From Antechinus flavipes (taxonomy: Eukaryota): DNA of 64,000 bases. The first letter of the stretch is position 1. Each line of letters starts with the position of its first letter. The DNA lies in the NCBI RefSeq assembly GCF_016432865.1, contig NC_067401.1, forward strand, positions 26,474,001 through 26,538,000. Direction: 5' to 3'. A program made the position numbers and the translations under genes. A model generated the notes under the pieces. It saw nothing but the letters and a program-made list of their open reading frames with translations. It ran no database searches and had not been told where the DNA came from. Positions 10,847-23,391 of this stretch are shown piece after piece.

Positions 10847-13253
10847 CTGCATTGATTTTTTTCTGACCAAAATCTCTTAAATTTAATATAATCAAAATCA
10901 CCCATTTCATATCTCATAATGTTTTTTACCTCTTGTTTCATCAGAAATTCTTCCCTTATCCATAGATCTGACAGATACATTCTTCTATGGTCTCCCAATT
11001 TACTTATGTTTAAATCTATGTGCCTATTTTGACTTTATCTTGGTATACCATGTGAAATGTTGGTCTATACCTAGTTTCTCCCAAATTATTTTCCAGTTTT
11101 CCCAGCAGTTTTTATCAAATAGTGAGTTCTTGCCCCCAAAATTTGGATCTTTGGGTTTATCAAATATCAGATTACTATGGTCACATACTACTGTGGTTTT
11201 TTTGGTTCCTAATCTATTCCACTGATCCACCGCTCTATTTCTCAGCCAGAATCAGATTGTTTTAATGAGTACCACTTTATAATACATTTTGAGAGCTGGT
11301 ACTACTAGGCCACCTTTTTTCACATTTTCCCCTATTAATTTCCCTGATAGGTTTAATTAATTTTCCCCTTAGAACGTTTGTTCTAATTGAATTTTTGTTG
11401 TTTATTTTTTTAGCTCTGTAAAATTATTTAGGTAGTTTGATTGGTATGACACTGAATAAGTAAATTAATTTAGGTAGAATTGTCATTTTTGTTACATTGC
11501 TTTGGCTTACCCATCAGCAATTAGTATTTTCTCCAGTTGTTCAGATCTGATTTTATTTGTGTGAAAAGTGATTTGTAATTGTGTTTATATAGTTCTTGGG
11601 TTTGTCTTTGCAAGTAGACTCCCATGGATTTGATATTGTCTGCAATTATTTTAAATGGGATTTCTATCTCTTGCTGCTAGACTTTGTTGGTAATATACAG
11701 AAACGCTGACGATTTACATGGGTTTATTTTATATCCTGCAACCTTGCTAAAGTTAATTATTTCAACTAGGTTTTTAGGTGATTCTTTAGGATTCTCTAAG
11801 TAGACCATCATATCATCTGCAAAAAGCGATAGTTTTGTTTCCTTGTTGCCTATTCTAATTCCTTCAATTTCTCTTGTTGCTATAGCTAGCATTTCTGTAC
11901 ATTATTGAATAGCAGTGGGCATCCTTACTTCAACCCCTGATCTTATTGAAAAGGCTTCCAGCTTATCCCCATTATAGATAATACTTGCTGGTGGCTTTAG
12001 TTAGATATTATTTATTATTTTAAGGAAAGCTCCATTTATTCCTGTGCTCTCAAGTGTTTGTAAAAGGAATGAATGTTGTATTTTGTCAAAAGCTTTTTTC
12101 TGTATCAAGAAAATCATGTGATTTCTGTTTGTTTTGTTATTGATATAGTCAATTATGCTGACAGTTTTCCTAATATTGAACTAGCCCTGCATTCCTGGTA
12201 TAAATCCCAGCCCTGACATTCCCTGTTCTAAGACCCCTCCCAACTCTCATAATCTTTTCTTTTGTGACTCTTTTGTGAATCTGAGATAGTAGGAAGGACA
12301 ACTATATGAACTGTTCTTTTGACTCTTTCAGCCTTCTTTTTTTCTTTTCTCTCTCATCTTCTGTTTCTTATTTTCCTAGGTTTTCCCCTTCTCCCTTTGC
12401 CCTTCCCTTCTTTCCTCCTCCTCTCCCCTCCTCCCTTTCCTCCTTCTTCAGTCAATAGACAAAGTTTAAGTCCCAGTTATTGTGGTCAAGGTTCTGGTTG
12501 TTTGTCCTTCATTTTCCGAGAGCCCCATGACATCAGGAACATGATGTCACCACTGTGAAATGCAAGTAAATTAGATTTCGGGAAGGAAGGATTGTGCAAA
12601 GTTACAGTAACTCTCTCCTCTGGAACCATTTTTAAAAATGGGGGAAAAATGACACTTCCTGCCCTCAAAACACTTAGAATCTACCAATCACTCTCGAGGC
12701 CTTGAGTCTGAGTCCTTTGGGGTAAAAGCGACAAGTAAACTGTGGTCCCCATCTATTTTATGTGATTAGATTACCGGGTTCCACTGAACTCTGGCATCAT
12801 ATCACTACTCCAAATGTTTGTTTGTTTGTTTTTGGCCCAGAACTGATTTCATCAGGAAAGGGAATTCCCGATCAGGAAATCCTTTTATAGAAACTGGCAA
12901 CGTACAGTTCCAGAGACAAAATAGCAGTCCCATTCTACTCAATTCTTCTAGGCCTGTCAGTGATAGGACAGCTAATTCTACATCCTCTCATCCCTATTTC
13001 ACAAATGGAGGGGGGGAGCTCAGGAAGATTTGAATAGCTTAGAACCCCAGATCTCAGTGGAAAGGGGATTTTAACCTAATCTGCTCATTTTATGAAAGAC
13101 CTCATAGATCTCAGCAGTTAAATGACTGTCCCAAGCTCACACAGATAGCAAAACAGAGAAGACAATATTTGAACAAGTGTTTTTGTTTTTCTGTTTGTTT
13201 GTTTGTTTTGCTGTACCAGGCTATCTCCATCTCCTGCCCCAATTCCAGGTCCG

Positions 13254-13410
13254 TTGTTGTTGTTGAGTTGTACCTAACTCTTTGTGATCTCATTTGAGGT
13301 TTGCCATTTTCTTCTCTAGCTCATTTGACAGATGAAAAATTGAGACAAACAGGGTGAAGTGACTTATCTACGGTCACATAATTACTAAGTGTATGAGGTG
13401 GGACTTAAAA
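13254..13410 (-). mobile_element. MAR1-type CORE-SINE (partial)
   Basis: gttgttgttgagtt…tttgccattttcttctctagctcatttgacagatga… is an antisense MAR1 tail and core. Confidence 0.7.
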
Positions 13411-14504
13411 AGTCTCCCTGATTCTAAATCAAGTCAATAAGCATTTATTAAGCACTCACTGTATCCCAGGCACTTCCCAACTATAAGTAAAAAGAAAAGT
13501 GTCTGCCCTCAAGGAGCCTACATTCTAATGGGGGAAGACAATCCATAAAAGGAAGCTTAAAAATTGGGGAGTAGGAAGGGCAATGAGAAGACTTGATGAG
13601 ACGTGGGAGATAAAATCTAGAAAATCAGAAGTGGAGCCAGAAGAGGAATGAAGACATGGCTGACCCAAACACTTTCCTTAAAATGGAGGTTTTGTTCTGA
13701 TTGGTTCCGAGGAAGGGGATGCAGAGGTGGAAGTGAAATAGCTTGTTCTTTTTTTTTTTTTTTTTTAAGGCAGGGGGCTGGTGTCCTACAAAGAAACCTG
13801 CCTAGTTGTTCTATCTTCCCTCTCTCTTCAAGCACCACTCAGAGACCACACGGCACCCCCTTCACATCCCAAGGTTCTTGCAAGCCCAGATTTCAGCTCC
13901 TGTAGAAGCTGACTGGGGTAGTTGGGCTGTGGGAGCCACTGGGCTCGGTCCCACCTTATACATGCAGACATAGAATGGTACTGAGGTCCCCCCATCCTTT
14001 CTTTAAAGATCTTTTGATCCTAACATGAACTAGAGGCTGGAAAGCATGGGATAAGAAGATAGTAGTATAACAGCACAGAAGAAGGGAGATTCTCTCCCCA
14101 TTCTCCTAAAAGTTAGACTGAAGCTGGATAGAGAGGAAGCTACAGTCTTAGGAGCTGGAGGCCAGGCAGAGGAGAATGGAGGTCAGCAGAGGCGACCCTC
14201 AGACACCCCAGAGAGGGATTAAGCAGCCTGCTGGCAAGAGAGCTGTCTCTTTTGGCTGTCCCCAGTGGCCTTCTCCCCAAGCAGACTTGTCTATCTTTTT
14301 TAAAGCACACATTCAACAAGACCCTCATGTCCTTTCTATCACTTTTCCCTTGTAAGCATTTTCTCTCACTTATTTGCTTCTGCTCCTGGGGTACCCACTT
14401 CTGGGCAGAAATTAGAGAAACAAATGAGAAAGAAAATGCCTCCTTGTATGAGGGAGCTACAGGTTTTTGTTTTACACAAGAGTTTCTTAATTATTAATAA
14501 TAAT

Positions 14505-14754
14505 GTCGTTGAGTCATTTCAGTCATGCCTGCTTCTTTGAGGTCCCTTTTGGGGTTTTCTTGGCAAAGATACTGAAAGGATTTTTCATTTCCTTCTCCAG
14601 CTCATTTTCAGTTGAGAAATTGAAATAAACAGGGATAGGGGACTTACCCAGGGTCACAGAGCTAGTAACTGACTGAGGCTGGATTTGAACTCAAGAAAAT
14701 GAGTGTTGCTGATTCTAAACCCAATGTTCTAACCATTGCCTCACCTAGTTGCCC
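14505..14754 (-). mobile_element. MAR1-type CORE-SINE, near full length
   Basis: Antisense RTE-like tail (ggggttttcttggcaaagatactg…ccttctccagctcatttt), core and tRNA-like head (…cacctagttgccc). Confidence 0.85.
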
Positions 14755-14781
14755 ATTAATAATAAGAGGTAGCATTTATAT

Positions 14782-15145
14782 ATATATATTTTTTTTAATA
14801 GCTTTTTATTTACAAGATATATGCGTGGGTATTTTTTCAGCCTTGGCATTTGCAAAACCTTTTGTTCCAATATTTCCCCTCCTTCCCCCCATCCCCTCCC
14901 CCAGATGGCAGGTAGACCAATACATGTTAAATGTTAAAGTATAAATTAAACACAATATATGTATACGTGTCCAAACAGTTATTTTGCTGTACAAAAAGAG
15001 TTGGATTTTGAAATAGTGTACAATTAACCTGTGTAGGAAATCAAAAATGCAGGCGGGCAAAAATAGCGAGATTGGGAATTCTATGTAGTGTTCATAATCA
15101 TCTCCCAGAGTTCTTTCCCTGGGTGTAGCTGGTTCAGTTCATTAC
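14782..15145 (-). mobile_element. 5'-truncated L1 3'UTR inserted into a MIR
   Basis: 16-bp TSD gaggtagcatttatat at 14766-14781 and 15146-15161. Confidence 0.9.
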
Positions 15146-16289
15146 GAGGTAGCATTTATATTGTGAGTTCAGGGTTATAAAAACATTTACAAATTTTATC
15201 TCTTGTGAAATTCACAACAGTCCTGGGAGACAGTTGTTATTATTCTTATTTTACAGATGAGACACCAAGGTAGGAAGAGGTTGAGTGACTTGTTCAAGAT
15301 CACATAGCAAGTATCCAAGACTAAATTTTAGTTCTTCCTGTCTCCAGGCCCAGCATTATCCCTTATGTTGTCCCCTTTGCTGTCCAGAAAAGGGAACTAA
15401 ATCTAGGTGCATATATAAAATAAGACAGATCCCTAGAAATTGTTGTAAAGTTGGCCCAAACAGAGTCCTGAACTGGGACCTCTGCCCCTCTCCCCACTTC
15501 CTCTGATCAGTATGGATTGACCAGATCTATGCTTGAAATCCAGATCCACTTCTGGTCTGGGAAGTCTGAGTTCTGACTTGATATGGTGCCGCCATCTTGG
15601 AAATAGTAATCTTCCCAAATGGGAGTTTGCAGAATCTACCTAAAGTTTTGAAATGTGAAGTTCTGAGCGAATAAGCATCTAGGGAGGAACCAGCTTCTGT
15701 CTTAACCTGGGCAATACTAATCGTTACTTACTTCCATTGGAATACTGCCCACTGCCCGCCACTGGGTGTGCCAGGGAAAAGCTATACATATGTACCCTAG
15801 CTAAATTACCCAATTCCACTCCAAGTCACATACGTAGTTCTAGAAGAAACCCATTCTCGGGAATCTAAAAAAGACTTATTTTCGAGAAGCTCTTCAGGTT
15901 ATCTGTATCTTGATACTCCTTGAGCAGAAATGAGCCAATTTGGAAGCATCCTGACTCAGTGGTCTCAGTTTCTTCCCCTTCTAATAGCATTTCCATTTTC
16001 TGTTCTTGTCTAATACAGTGTCTGGCACATAGTAGGTGCTCGTTAAATGTGGTTGATTGTTTCCCAAAGGCCTGGTTGCAGGGAAGGAGATCTGGATTGT
16101 TAAAGATGTGGTTCTGAACCCTCCTCCACCCCTCTGCCCTGTAATCCTACAATCCAAATGTGAAATCCCCATAAGCCTTTGATAAGGATTTAAATGGCAA
16201 ACCAGATTGCAGAGTAGACCCACTAATTAATCTCTCTTTTTTTAAACCGTGTCTGATCCAACTGGGCTTATTTAACAGGTTTTTAGCTA

Positions 16290-18700
16290 AAAGGGATTCA
16301 CGGGTGTACCCCAACAGGCCCTGGGCTTCAAGACGAAACAGCTGGATGTGCATGCCGGCCACTGGCAGCTTGCTCGCCCATACGCTGCCAGCACATCTCT
16401 GTCCCGGATTCCCTCAAGCTTCCCCTAAAGGGCTGGATGGCTGTTTGCCTGAACTGCACAGATTTTTTCCCATCTCTGTGTACTTCCCCTGAATGAGACT
16501 TTCACACCTCCCGTGCAGAGTGAGGAAAAGTGAAATGAATGAATGAATGAATGAACCCACAAGAGAGCCAGCCATATCCCCCCGCCCTTCCTCCAGAGAG
16601 AGAGGTCCTACGTGACCATGAAAATCAAATCACATCCAGGTTCCTTGAGTCACTTCTCCTTCGGAGGCCGGGGCAGGGAGGCGGAAAACTGCGGGGGCCC
16701 GCGGCCCTGTGCCTCCAGGAGCTCTCCCTTGGAGGACCCCTCCGTTCCACAGGGGCAGAGACAGTTCAGCCCTGAACTCTATGAATTATGGCTGCTCCGG
16801 TGGAGAGGTAGAGGGCCGTTCTCCCCGGGACAGCATTAACACGAGGGGCCCCACTGAGGGACAAGGACTAAAAGAAGAACCTTCAAATGCTGCTGTGACT
16901 CTCGCTCACACCGGCCCCCCCTCCAGTCCCGCTTTAGTAGGAATTGCTGTAAATGTCACTGCCTTTTAGTGAGCGTGGCCAGGAAGGAAGGAGGACAGCA
17001 AACAAAGGCATCGCCTCTCCAGCAGAGCTATTCCTGGCCTGCCCACCACTCGCGGGAGAGAAAGGCGGGCTTCGGGGACCCGCAGCACTCGGGGAGGGGA
17101 GAGCCAGGGACAGACTTTTGGAACTCAAAGGCAGATTGCCATTGTCCACCCTCATCCCCGGTCCTTTCATTTCTGGGATCCTGATCTGAAAAGGGTGAGC
17201 TTGGCTAGCATCCTGGAGCTGAAGCCATGAACTTGCCACATGGTGGATTGGGCCTGAACTTCTAAGGAAAAAAGAAGCAGGGGAGGGGGGGGAATCATTC
17301 TGGCTTGTGATCACGGCGAGCCTCGCTCTCTGAACCAGCTGAGTTTCCGCACCTCCCTCCTCCCCCAGGAAAGCAACTCGCTAGGAGCCAGTCTGAAAAA
17401 GACCCCCTCCTGCTGGTTGGTGCCCAGGCTGGGAACCTCTGGCCCACACTAATCTCCTTTTCTGATGGACCTTGTGCCAAGCAAGACATCAGGAAGTCAG
17501 ATTAAAGGCTGTTCCTGCCCGGTTCCCTGTCTCCCCCTCCGCAAAAGATGCTCAGCCCTGAAGAATGTTGGCCACAGAGCTAAGCCCTGCCCACCACACC
17601 TGCTTCTGCTCCTCGGAGGCCAGAAGCCCAAGTTTGCTGATGAAATCTCTGCTCTTCAGAATATTACTGTCTTATTAGCACCTTCCCTGGGAACATAAGG
17701 AAGTTTATTTACAACTCCCGGGCTCTGGCAGCTACCGGGTGGCACCGAGGGAGCCTCGGCTCCCAGAGGGCAGTGCCAAACGCCGCCCTTCTCAGGCTGC
17801 ATCCACGTGACGGAGGTTCTCCCTGAGCGCCGCTAATGGGCCTGGGAGGGGAGTCAGAGGGGGACTGACAGCCGACAGCTCCTCCAGTCGTCAGTGTTGT
17901 TGGTCACTGATTTCGCAGCAGGTCAACATATAGGCAGTTGGCAAGGGGGAGGAGGCTGGGGGGACAAAGTGTGACAGTGAGATTAAGCTCTTTTCGGTGG
18001 GAAGCCAGAAAGACTTAGATCGAGCAGCTTGGCAAAGCCCAGGAAGACTGGTCCCCTGCCGGGGGAGAAAGGAGGATGGAGGGGGGGCGGGGTAGCTGGA
18101 AAACCGAGGGATGCAAGAGACAGGCCAGGTTGGTCCCCAGCATCAGGCTTCCACCTGGAACAGACCTCTCTAGCTCTGGTTGGCTCACTGGGGCTGCCTC
18201 TTGCCCTATCACATACCTGCATGGTTGCCAGGCAACTGGGACCAAGTTGTAACACCTATGCAAAAAGCCTGATGGTGTTTTCCTTCCTCAGTGATTGTTG
18301 AGGATTCGCCTTCAAAGTTGTGGAGAAAGGATTTTATTTTTTTTTAATCGTTAGTTGGGAGGACTCTCCCTAGCTCTGCTTGGGCAGACCTTCCCCCTGT
18401 CCGGGGACGAGCCAGCAGGAGAGAGCAGGGGGCCCATGGGGCACTGGGGCCCGGCAGAGGTTGGCAGCCGTACCAGCCTCTGTGCCTGCTTGTTAAGGCT
18501 CCGAGCAGCATTAGCTGGGGGACTTTACCCGCTCATTTTGGGAAAGCCATCGCCATGGGAGGCGGGGATTTCCACCGGAGACAAAATGGTGGGCCCAGGG
18601 AGAAGCCCACAGGAGCCGGGCTTGCCTTCCCCAGGGCTGAGATGGGCTTTCCATCACAGTCTCGGTCCTCTGCATCGGCCTTCTGGAGGAATCACTGAAG
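16290..18700. promoter_or_regulatory. GC/CpG-enriched, largely repeat-free block (candidate regulatory region)
   Basis: Many retained CpGs against a CpG-poor background. CTCF-like motifs at 17732-17745 and 17760-17773; CACGTGAC at 17804-17811. Confidence 0.35.
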
Positions 18701-18984
18701 GAAGGAAAATCAGCTCCCAGCGGGCTAGGCAGAGGCAGCACCCAGGAGACACATTCCCTCATCTGCCATTTTTGTTGTTGTTATTCAGCCCTTCCTGCCT
18801 CTTCCTACCCTCGTGTGGAGCTTGGCCATCTCCTTCTCCAGCTCATTTGAGATGGGGAAACTGAGGCAAACAGGATTAAGGGATTTGCCCAAGGTAACAT
18901 ACCTAATAAGGGCTGGATTTGAATTCAGGAGCTCTAGCTACCACATGAGTCTGGCATGGTGGCTGAACCCCCTCTTAATCATCT

Positions 18985-19470
18985 TCTACATAACTGCTGC
19001 AATGATTTTCCTAAAGTGCCGCTCTCACCATGTCTCTCCCCTCCTCAATAAACTCCCGTGGCTCCCTCTTGCCTCAGTACCAAATATAAAGTCCTCTGTT
19101 GGGCAATTAAAGCTCATTATATACCGGCCTCTTTCTACTTTCCCAACCTCCATTATACTTTAACTGCTTCCCACCCCATGGGGGCCTTTTTGTTGCTTCT
19201 CACATATAATCTTTCACTTTCTGCTTCTGGGTCTTCACACTGGCCATCTCTTCTTCCCACCCCCTTGCCTGGAATGCCCTCCCTCCTTACTTCTGTCTCT
19301 TGGAACCTCTTTGTTCCTTTAAGACTCAGCTGGGGGCCCACCTTTGCCTCCCACCCAACTGTGTCTGCTCTGCTTTGCCTAAATCCTTGCATTTATTTTG
19401 TTTATAGTCTGCATATATTATTTGTCGTCTCCCTAGTTGGGATGCAAGCTTTCCCAGGGCAGGGACCACG
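18985..19470 (+). mobile_element. L2 LINE 3' fragment
   Basis: atgattttcctaaagtgc…ctcaccatgtctctcccctcctcaataaactccc…gcctggaatgccctccctcc. Confidence 0.7.
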
Positions 19471-19650
19471 TCACTTTTGTCAGTATCCCAGTGCTGGGGA
19501 TAAAGGATCAGTGCAGGCATGGGGCACCGTGCTGTTGTAGGGCTTCACTGGGGTGGAGGGGAGAAAATGTTGGATTTAGGGTGTGAATCTATGGGAGGCA
19601 ACATCAGGGGGCAGTTAATAGTGAGTCATACCTGGAAAAAGCAGGTAGAT

Positions 19651-19847
19651 GTCACAGTGACATAATGGAATGCTAGATCTGGAGTCAGGAAGACCCGAAT
19701 TCAAATTGTCTCAGACATTGACCAGCTGTGTGACCCTGGACAAATCACCTCACCCTGTTTGCCTCAGTCCACTCCGGTATCTCTACCAAGAAAACCCCAA
19801 ATGAAGTCAAGAAGAATCAGACATAACTGAAAATGACTGAAAAAAAG
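19651..19847 (+). mobile_element. MAR1-type SINE with an internal deletion
   Basis: Head and core followed directly by ccactccggtatctctaccaagaaaaccccaaatg…aactgaaaatgactg. Confidence 0.75.
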
Positions 19848-20689
19848 TAGCCGGGAGATCTAAGTTTAAATCTTTGCTTGGCTGTGTGTGACCTGGAGAA
19901 ATCATTTGAATTTTCTCATCTGTAAAATGGGGATAATAATACCCACAGCCCTTAAATCCCTTGGTAATTGTGAGGATCAAAAGAGCTAATGTATATGAAC
20001 CGTAATGTCCAACATAAATTAATTTTTTTAAAAAAGTGAAACCTCTGGTTTCATTGTAGAAGGAGCTCGGGATGAGGAAACTCCCTTTATCAATGCAGAC
20101 CCCAACCCTCTGCTGAATGAATGAACTCCGGCTATGTTCACTGGCCAGAAATCTCCTCCGACCTGTTTTTTTCTTTAGATAGTGACTCGGTGGTCCCTTG
20201 CTCCCTTCCAGCTCCTGATCCAGGAACCTATGCTTCTTGAGGGAGCTGTTCTAGGTCTCTTTTCAGTTCCAATGGATTCAAATGAATCCTTTCTTAGAGG
20301 GGGCAGGGAGAGGGAGCTGGGACTTGTGAACAGGCCAGTGCCCATGATCTGGTCTCAGGGAAGGTGAGCCAACCTGGTAAGCAGTACCCCTGGCACGCCG
20401 CCCCCCTCCCCCCCCCCCAGCTTCTTCTCTCTCCATTGCTCAGCCGGAGCCTCGTTTGGGAAGAAGAACCCAGTGTTCTCCTAAGCATCTTGCAAACATT
20501 CAATACCAGCTGCTTCCACCTCCCCCTTCCTCCCCGCCCCCAACTCCAAATTGCGACTTGAAATCTCCCGTCCCCACTTTCTCCTGGCAGAGAGGCCATC
20601 TCCAGGCAGGACGGCTTCCTCAGAGGCGGTCCCCCTCCATCCCACTCCCAGAAGCCCCCTGGGGCCTCTGCTGGCTCAGGGGAGAGCCC

Positions 20690-21260
20690 CATTAGGCATG
20701 CAGCGCCCCCAGGGGCCGGCTCAGCGCCTCCCCGCAGTTCCCCCCTCCCCCCAGGAGCAAACCTCCCTGCTCCCATCGGGCTCATTTGAAAGAGGTGTTT
20801 GTTCAGCCCTATTGTTTCTCCTCCTGGCAGGGCAGTCCATCATCTCCTATCAGAATGAGTGACTACATTTCTCACTCCGGAGCTGGCTGCCTCACTCCTA
20901 CCTAGAAGCGAAAGAACAAGGGCGCCTTTGGAGAGGGAGGAAAATCATATGTTATTTTTAAAAGGCATTTTGAGTGAGAGCTGAATAGAGTTCAAGGAAA
21001 TTGCCTTAAAGACCCGCTCTCCACGGGGATGACTTTTTTCAGGGCCCACAAGTATTTGGGAACTTAATTGCACATTTGTACGGGCTACTGTTTTTATTTC
21101 TCTCCGGGCTCCGAGGTGGTCTTTGAAGATTGCTGTCTCCCGGTAATGGGTTTCTTTATCTCAAATAAATTTCGCACACCTGCGAGGTGGAAATGCTGGC
21201 AGGAGAATGGGCCCGCGATTTAATCAGCCGGCAAATGGAGCGGGGGTGCGGGGAGAAGGG
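20690..21260. promoter_or_regulatory. CNE/enhancer-like unique block
   Basis: No repeat recognised. Complex sequence with retained CpGs, E-boxes (CATATG ~20947, CACCTG ~21177) and TAATT ~21064. No ORF or splice pattern supported. Confidence 0.4.
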
Positions 21261-21289
21261 GAGAGACGCGGCTTTGGGTGGCCGGCCCG

Positions 21290-21650
21290 CCCTCCCTTCC
21301 CTCCCGGAGGCCAACCCCTGCCCCAGCCCCGGCTCCCGCCCCGGCTTTAGTCCTCAGCCCCAAGCCCTTACCGCTCCCCCTTTCTTTAGCCCATCCCGAC
21401 ACTTGCCCCTCTTTCCCACTCTAGTCCTCAACCCAGGTCCCACCCCAATCCCCGAACCCCGCCTCCTTTCCCAACCCCCAACTTTTGCTCCAGCTCCACT
21501 TCATACCCCACCACTGCTGCTTTCTCAGCTTCGTCCTTGTTCCTCCAGCTCTCCCCCCCCCCCATCCCAGACCTCTCCATCTTTCCAGATCATCCTCCTG
21601 CCCAGCCCTCCCCCTTCCCTTTTCCCAGCCCCTGCTCCAATCTCGCTCGA
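21290..21650. repeat. C-rich low-complexity tract
   Basis: Many C runs on the + strand. Explains the Pro-rich ORFs here. Confidence 0.8.
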
Positions 21651-22920
21651 TTTGGGAGCGGGGTATCCACAAGCATTTACTAAGAACCTACTATGCACTT
21701 AAACAATGGCCGGGGATGCAAAAGAAAGCCGGTTCCAGCCCCAGCCCTTGACCTCTCCCCGTCCATCCCCTTCTTCCAGTCCCTGCAATCCCGGAGGATT
21801 CACAATTTAATCCCTCCTCTTGAAAGCAAGCTGCCTAGCTGCCCTCCTGCCCAAACTTCCCTTCCTCCTCTGCCTCTTTTCTTTTGTCTCCTTTTCCTAA
21901 CCGTCTGCAAGAAGCCACCCCCCTCTGTGCAGCCTTTCCCAATCCTGCCAGCAATTAATTAGTGCCTTCCCAAGAAATTACTGGGTATATGCTTTGTCTA
22001 TAATATGTATCTACTTACAATCGCACATAAGATTTCCCCTGATGGACTCTAAGCCCCTTGAGGGTAGGAACTGGGTTGTATTGGGGGGAGGGGGGAAGGG
22101 TTGAACATATATCCCATAATACCTGTCACAAGCCCTGTAATCTTATCAGAGTAGGGAGCACCCAGTGAGAAACTCCACCAAAACAGACTTGATTTTTCCA
22201 CCATGTGTAGTCTTCAGGAGTTGTGTGGGAGAGCTTTCAGTGGCTCATCCAGTATCAAACGGCCACGGTGTTCTCCAGGAAGGACTCCTCTTCCTGACTC
22301 CAAGGCCTGTGCTCAATCAAGCAACCTAAAGATGCTAGAGAAATACTTGTAGATGGACAGATTGGTGAGGGTCATTATAGGACTAAGGGAAGAAGGTGAC
22401 CTCTGCCTTTGGGACAGAGTTTATATTCTGGACTTCAGATCTCTGGCTAATTGCAAAGTAGTCAGGTCTCCAGTGGAAAGGTACCCCTTCTTCCCCCCCC
22501 CCCCACTTCTGTTTTCCTAAGAGCCGTGATCTTTGGACTGAGACTGGAACAAAAAATGATTAGTAGAGAATACACCCAATGGAGTATGAATACCCAAATG
22601 GAAAGAGTTCTGATGGAAATCAGAGGGTCAGGGGTCACATTCCAGCCCTGTTACTATTACCTATGGGATCTTGTCCAAGTCTCTTCTCTATGGTTTATGG
22701 TTTCAGTTTTCTCAACTGTAAAATGTGAAAAGAGACTTTAAGATTTTTATAATTCAAAATCTAGAATTCCCCTTTCGGGAAACCCCAATCACTTTTGAAC
22801 TCTTTCAATATTCTGGTCCTTGAGCTTAGAATTATCAGGTCTAATCTAAGGGATGTGTCCTTAGGAATTCTGGGGAGAGAGGTATGACAAAAGGTCTTGG
22901 TCTGCTTAGAAAAGTTGGAG

Positions 22921-23057
22921 GGGGTGGTGAGATGGCCCAGTGAATAGAGCACCAGCCTTGGAGTCAGGAGGACCTGAGTTCAAATGTGGCCTCAGACACT
23001 TAACACTTACTAGCTGTGTGACTCTGGGCAAGTCACTGCCTTGCCAAAAAAAAAAAA
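22921..23057 (+). mobile_element. WSINE1-type SINE
   Basis: …tgaatagagcaccagccttggagtcaggaggacctgagttcaaatgtggcctcagacacttaacacttactagctgtgtgac… followed by an A-tail. Confidence 0.85.
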
Positions 23058-23391
23058 TTAGTGAGAAGCTGGAGGAATAAACTCGGGGCCTCTGAAAGTA
23101 TGACCTTGGAAGAATAATGGAGAGAAATTAATTCTGCTTTGGCATTATCCTTCCCCTTTCCTCCACTCCCTACCCCATTGCCAAGGAAATCACCTAGAAA
23201 TCTAAACATGGGATGATTAGGACTTAAAAGGCCAGTAAAAGTGGCCCCGGTGAGGTAGGGCTTTCATAAAATCATGATCTAGAACTGGAAAGGATCCCAA
23301 AGTCCAGCTTGTCCAATGCATTCATTTGATAAATGAGGAAATTGATGCTCTGAAATGAAATACTTGCCTAAGATCACACTAGTAATAAATA

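Larger units (their letters stand above)
9415..12210 (-). mobile_element. 5'-truncated, decayed L1 (RT domain to 3'UTR)
   Basis: Minus-strand ORFs 11677-11892 (…[16 protein letters not shown]…[10 protein letters not shown]…, L1 RT) and 11024-11230 (DQWNR…LIFDKPK…WENW, L1 ORF2). Many stops and indels. Interrupted by a SINE and a younger L1. Confidence 0.9.

Noticed and set aside
11024-11892. RT-like ORFs (FADD motif) as a functional gene
   Set aside because: They are fragments of a 5'-truncated L1 with stops and frameshifts. The same applies to 23423-23990 and 62559-62858.
12860-12869. Perfect NF-kB palindrome GGGAATTCCC
   Set aside because: A single 10-mer, apparently in repeat-derived sequence, and plausible by chance in 64 kb.
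18355-18864. 169-aa ORF, plus 19058-19540, 20294-20785, 21187-21702 and 43806-44330
   Set aside because: Compositionally biased (G/P/S/L-rich), overlapping L2 or C-rich tracts, with no domain and no supported splice structure.
22921-23057. tRNA-like A/B-box sequences
   Set aside because: These are tRNA-derived heads of CORE-SINEs (WSINE1/MAR1/MIR), not tRNA genes, and there is no cloverleaf.
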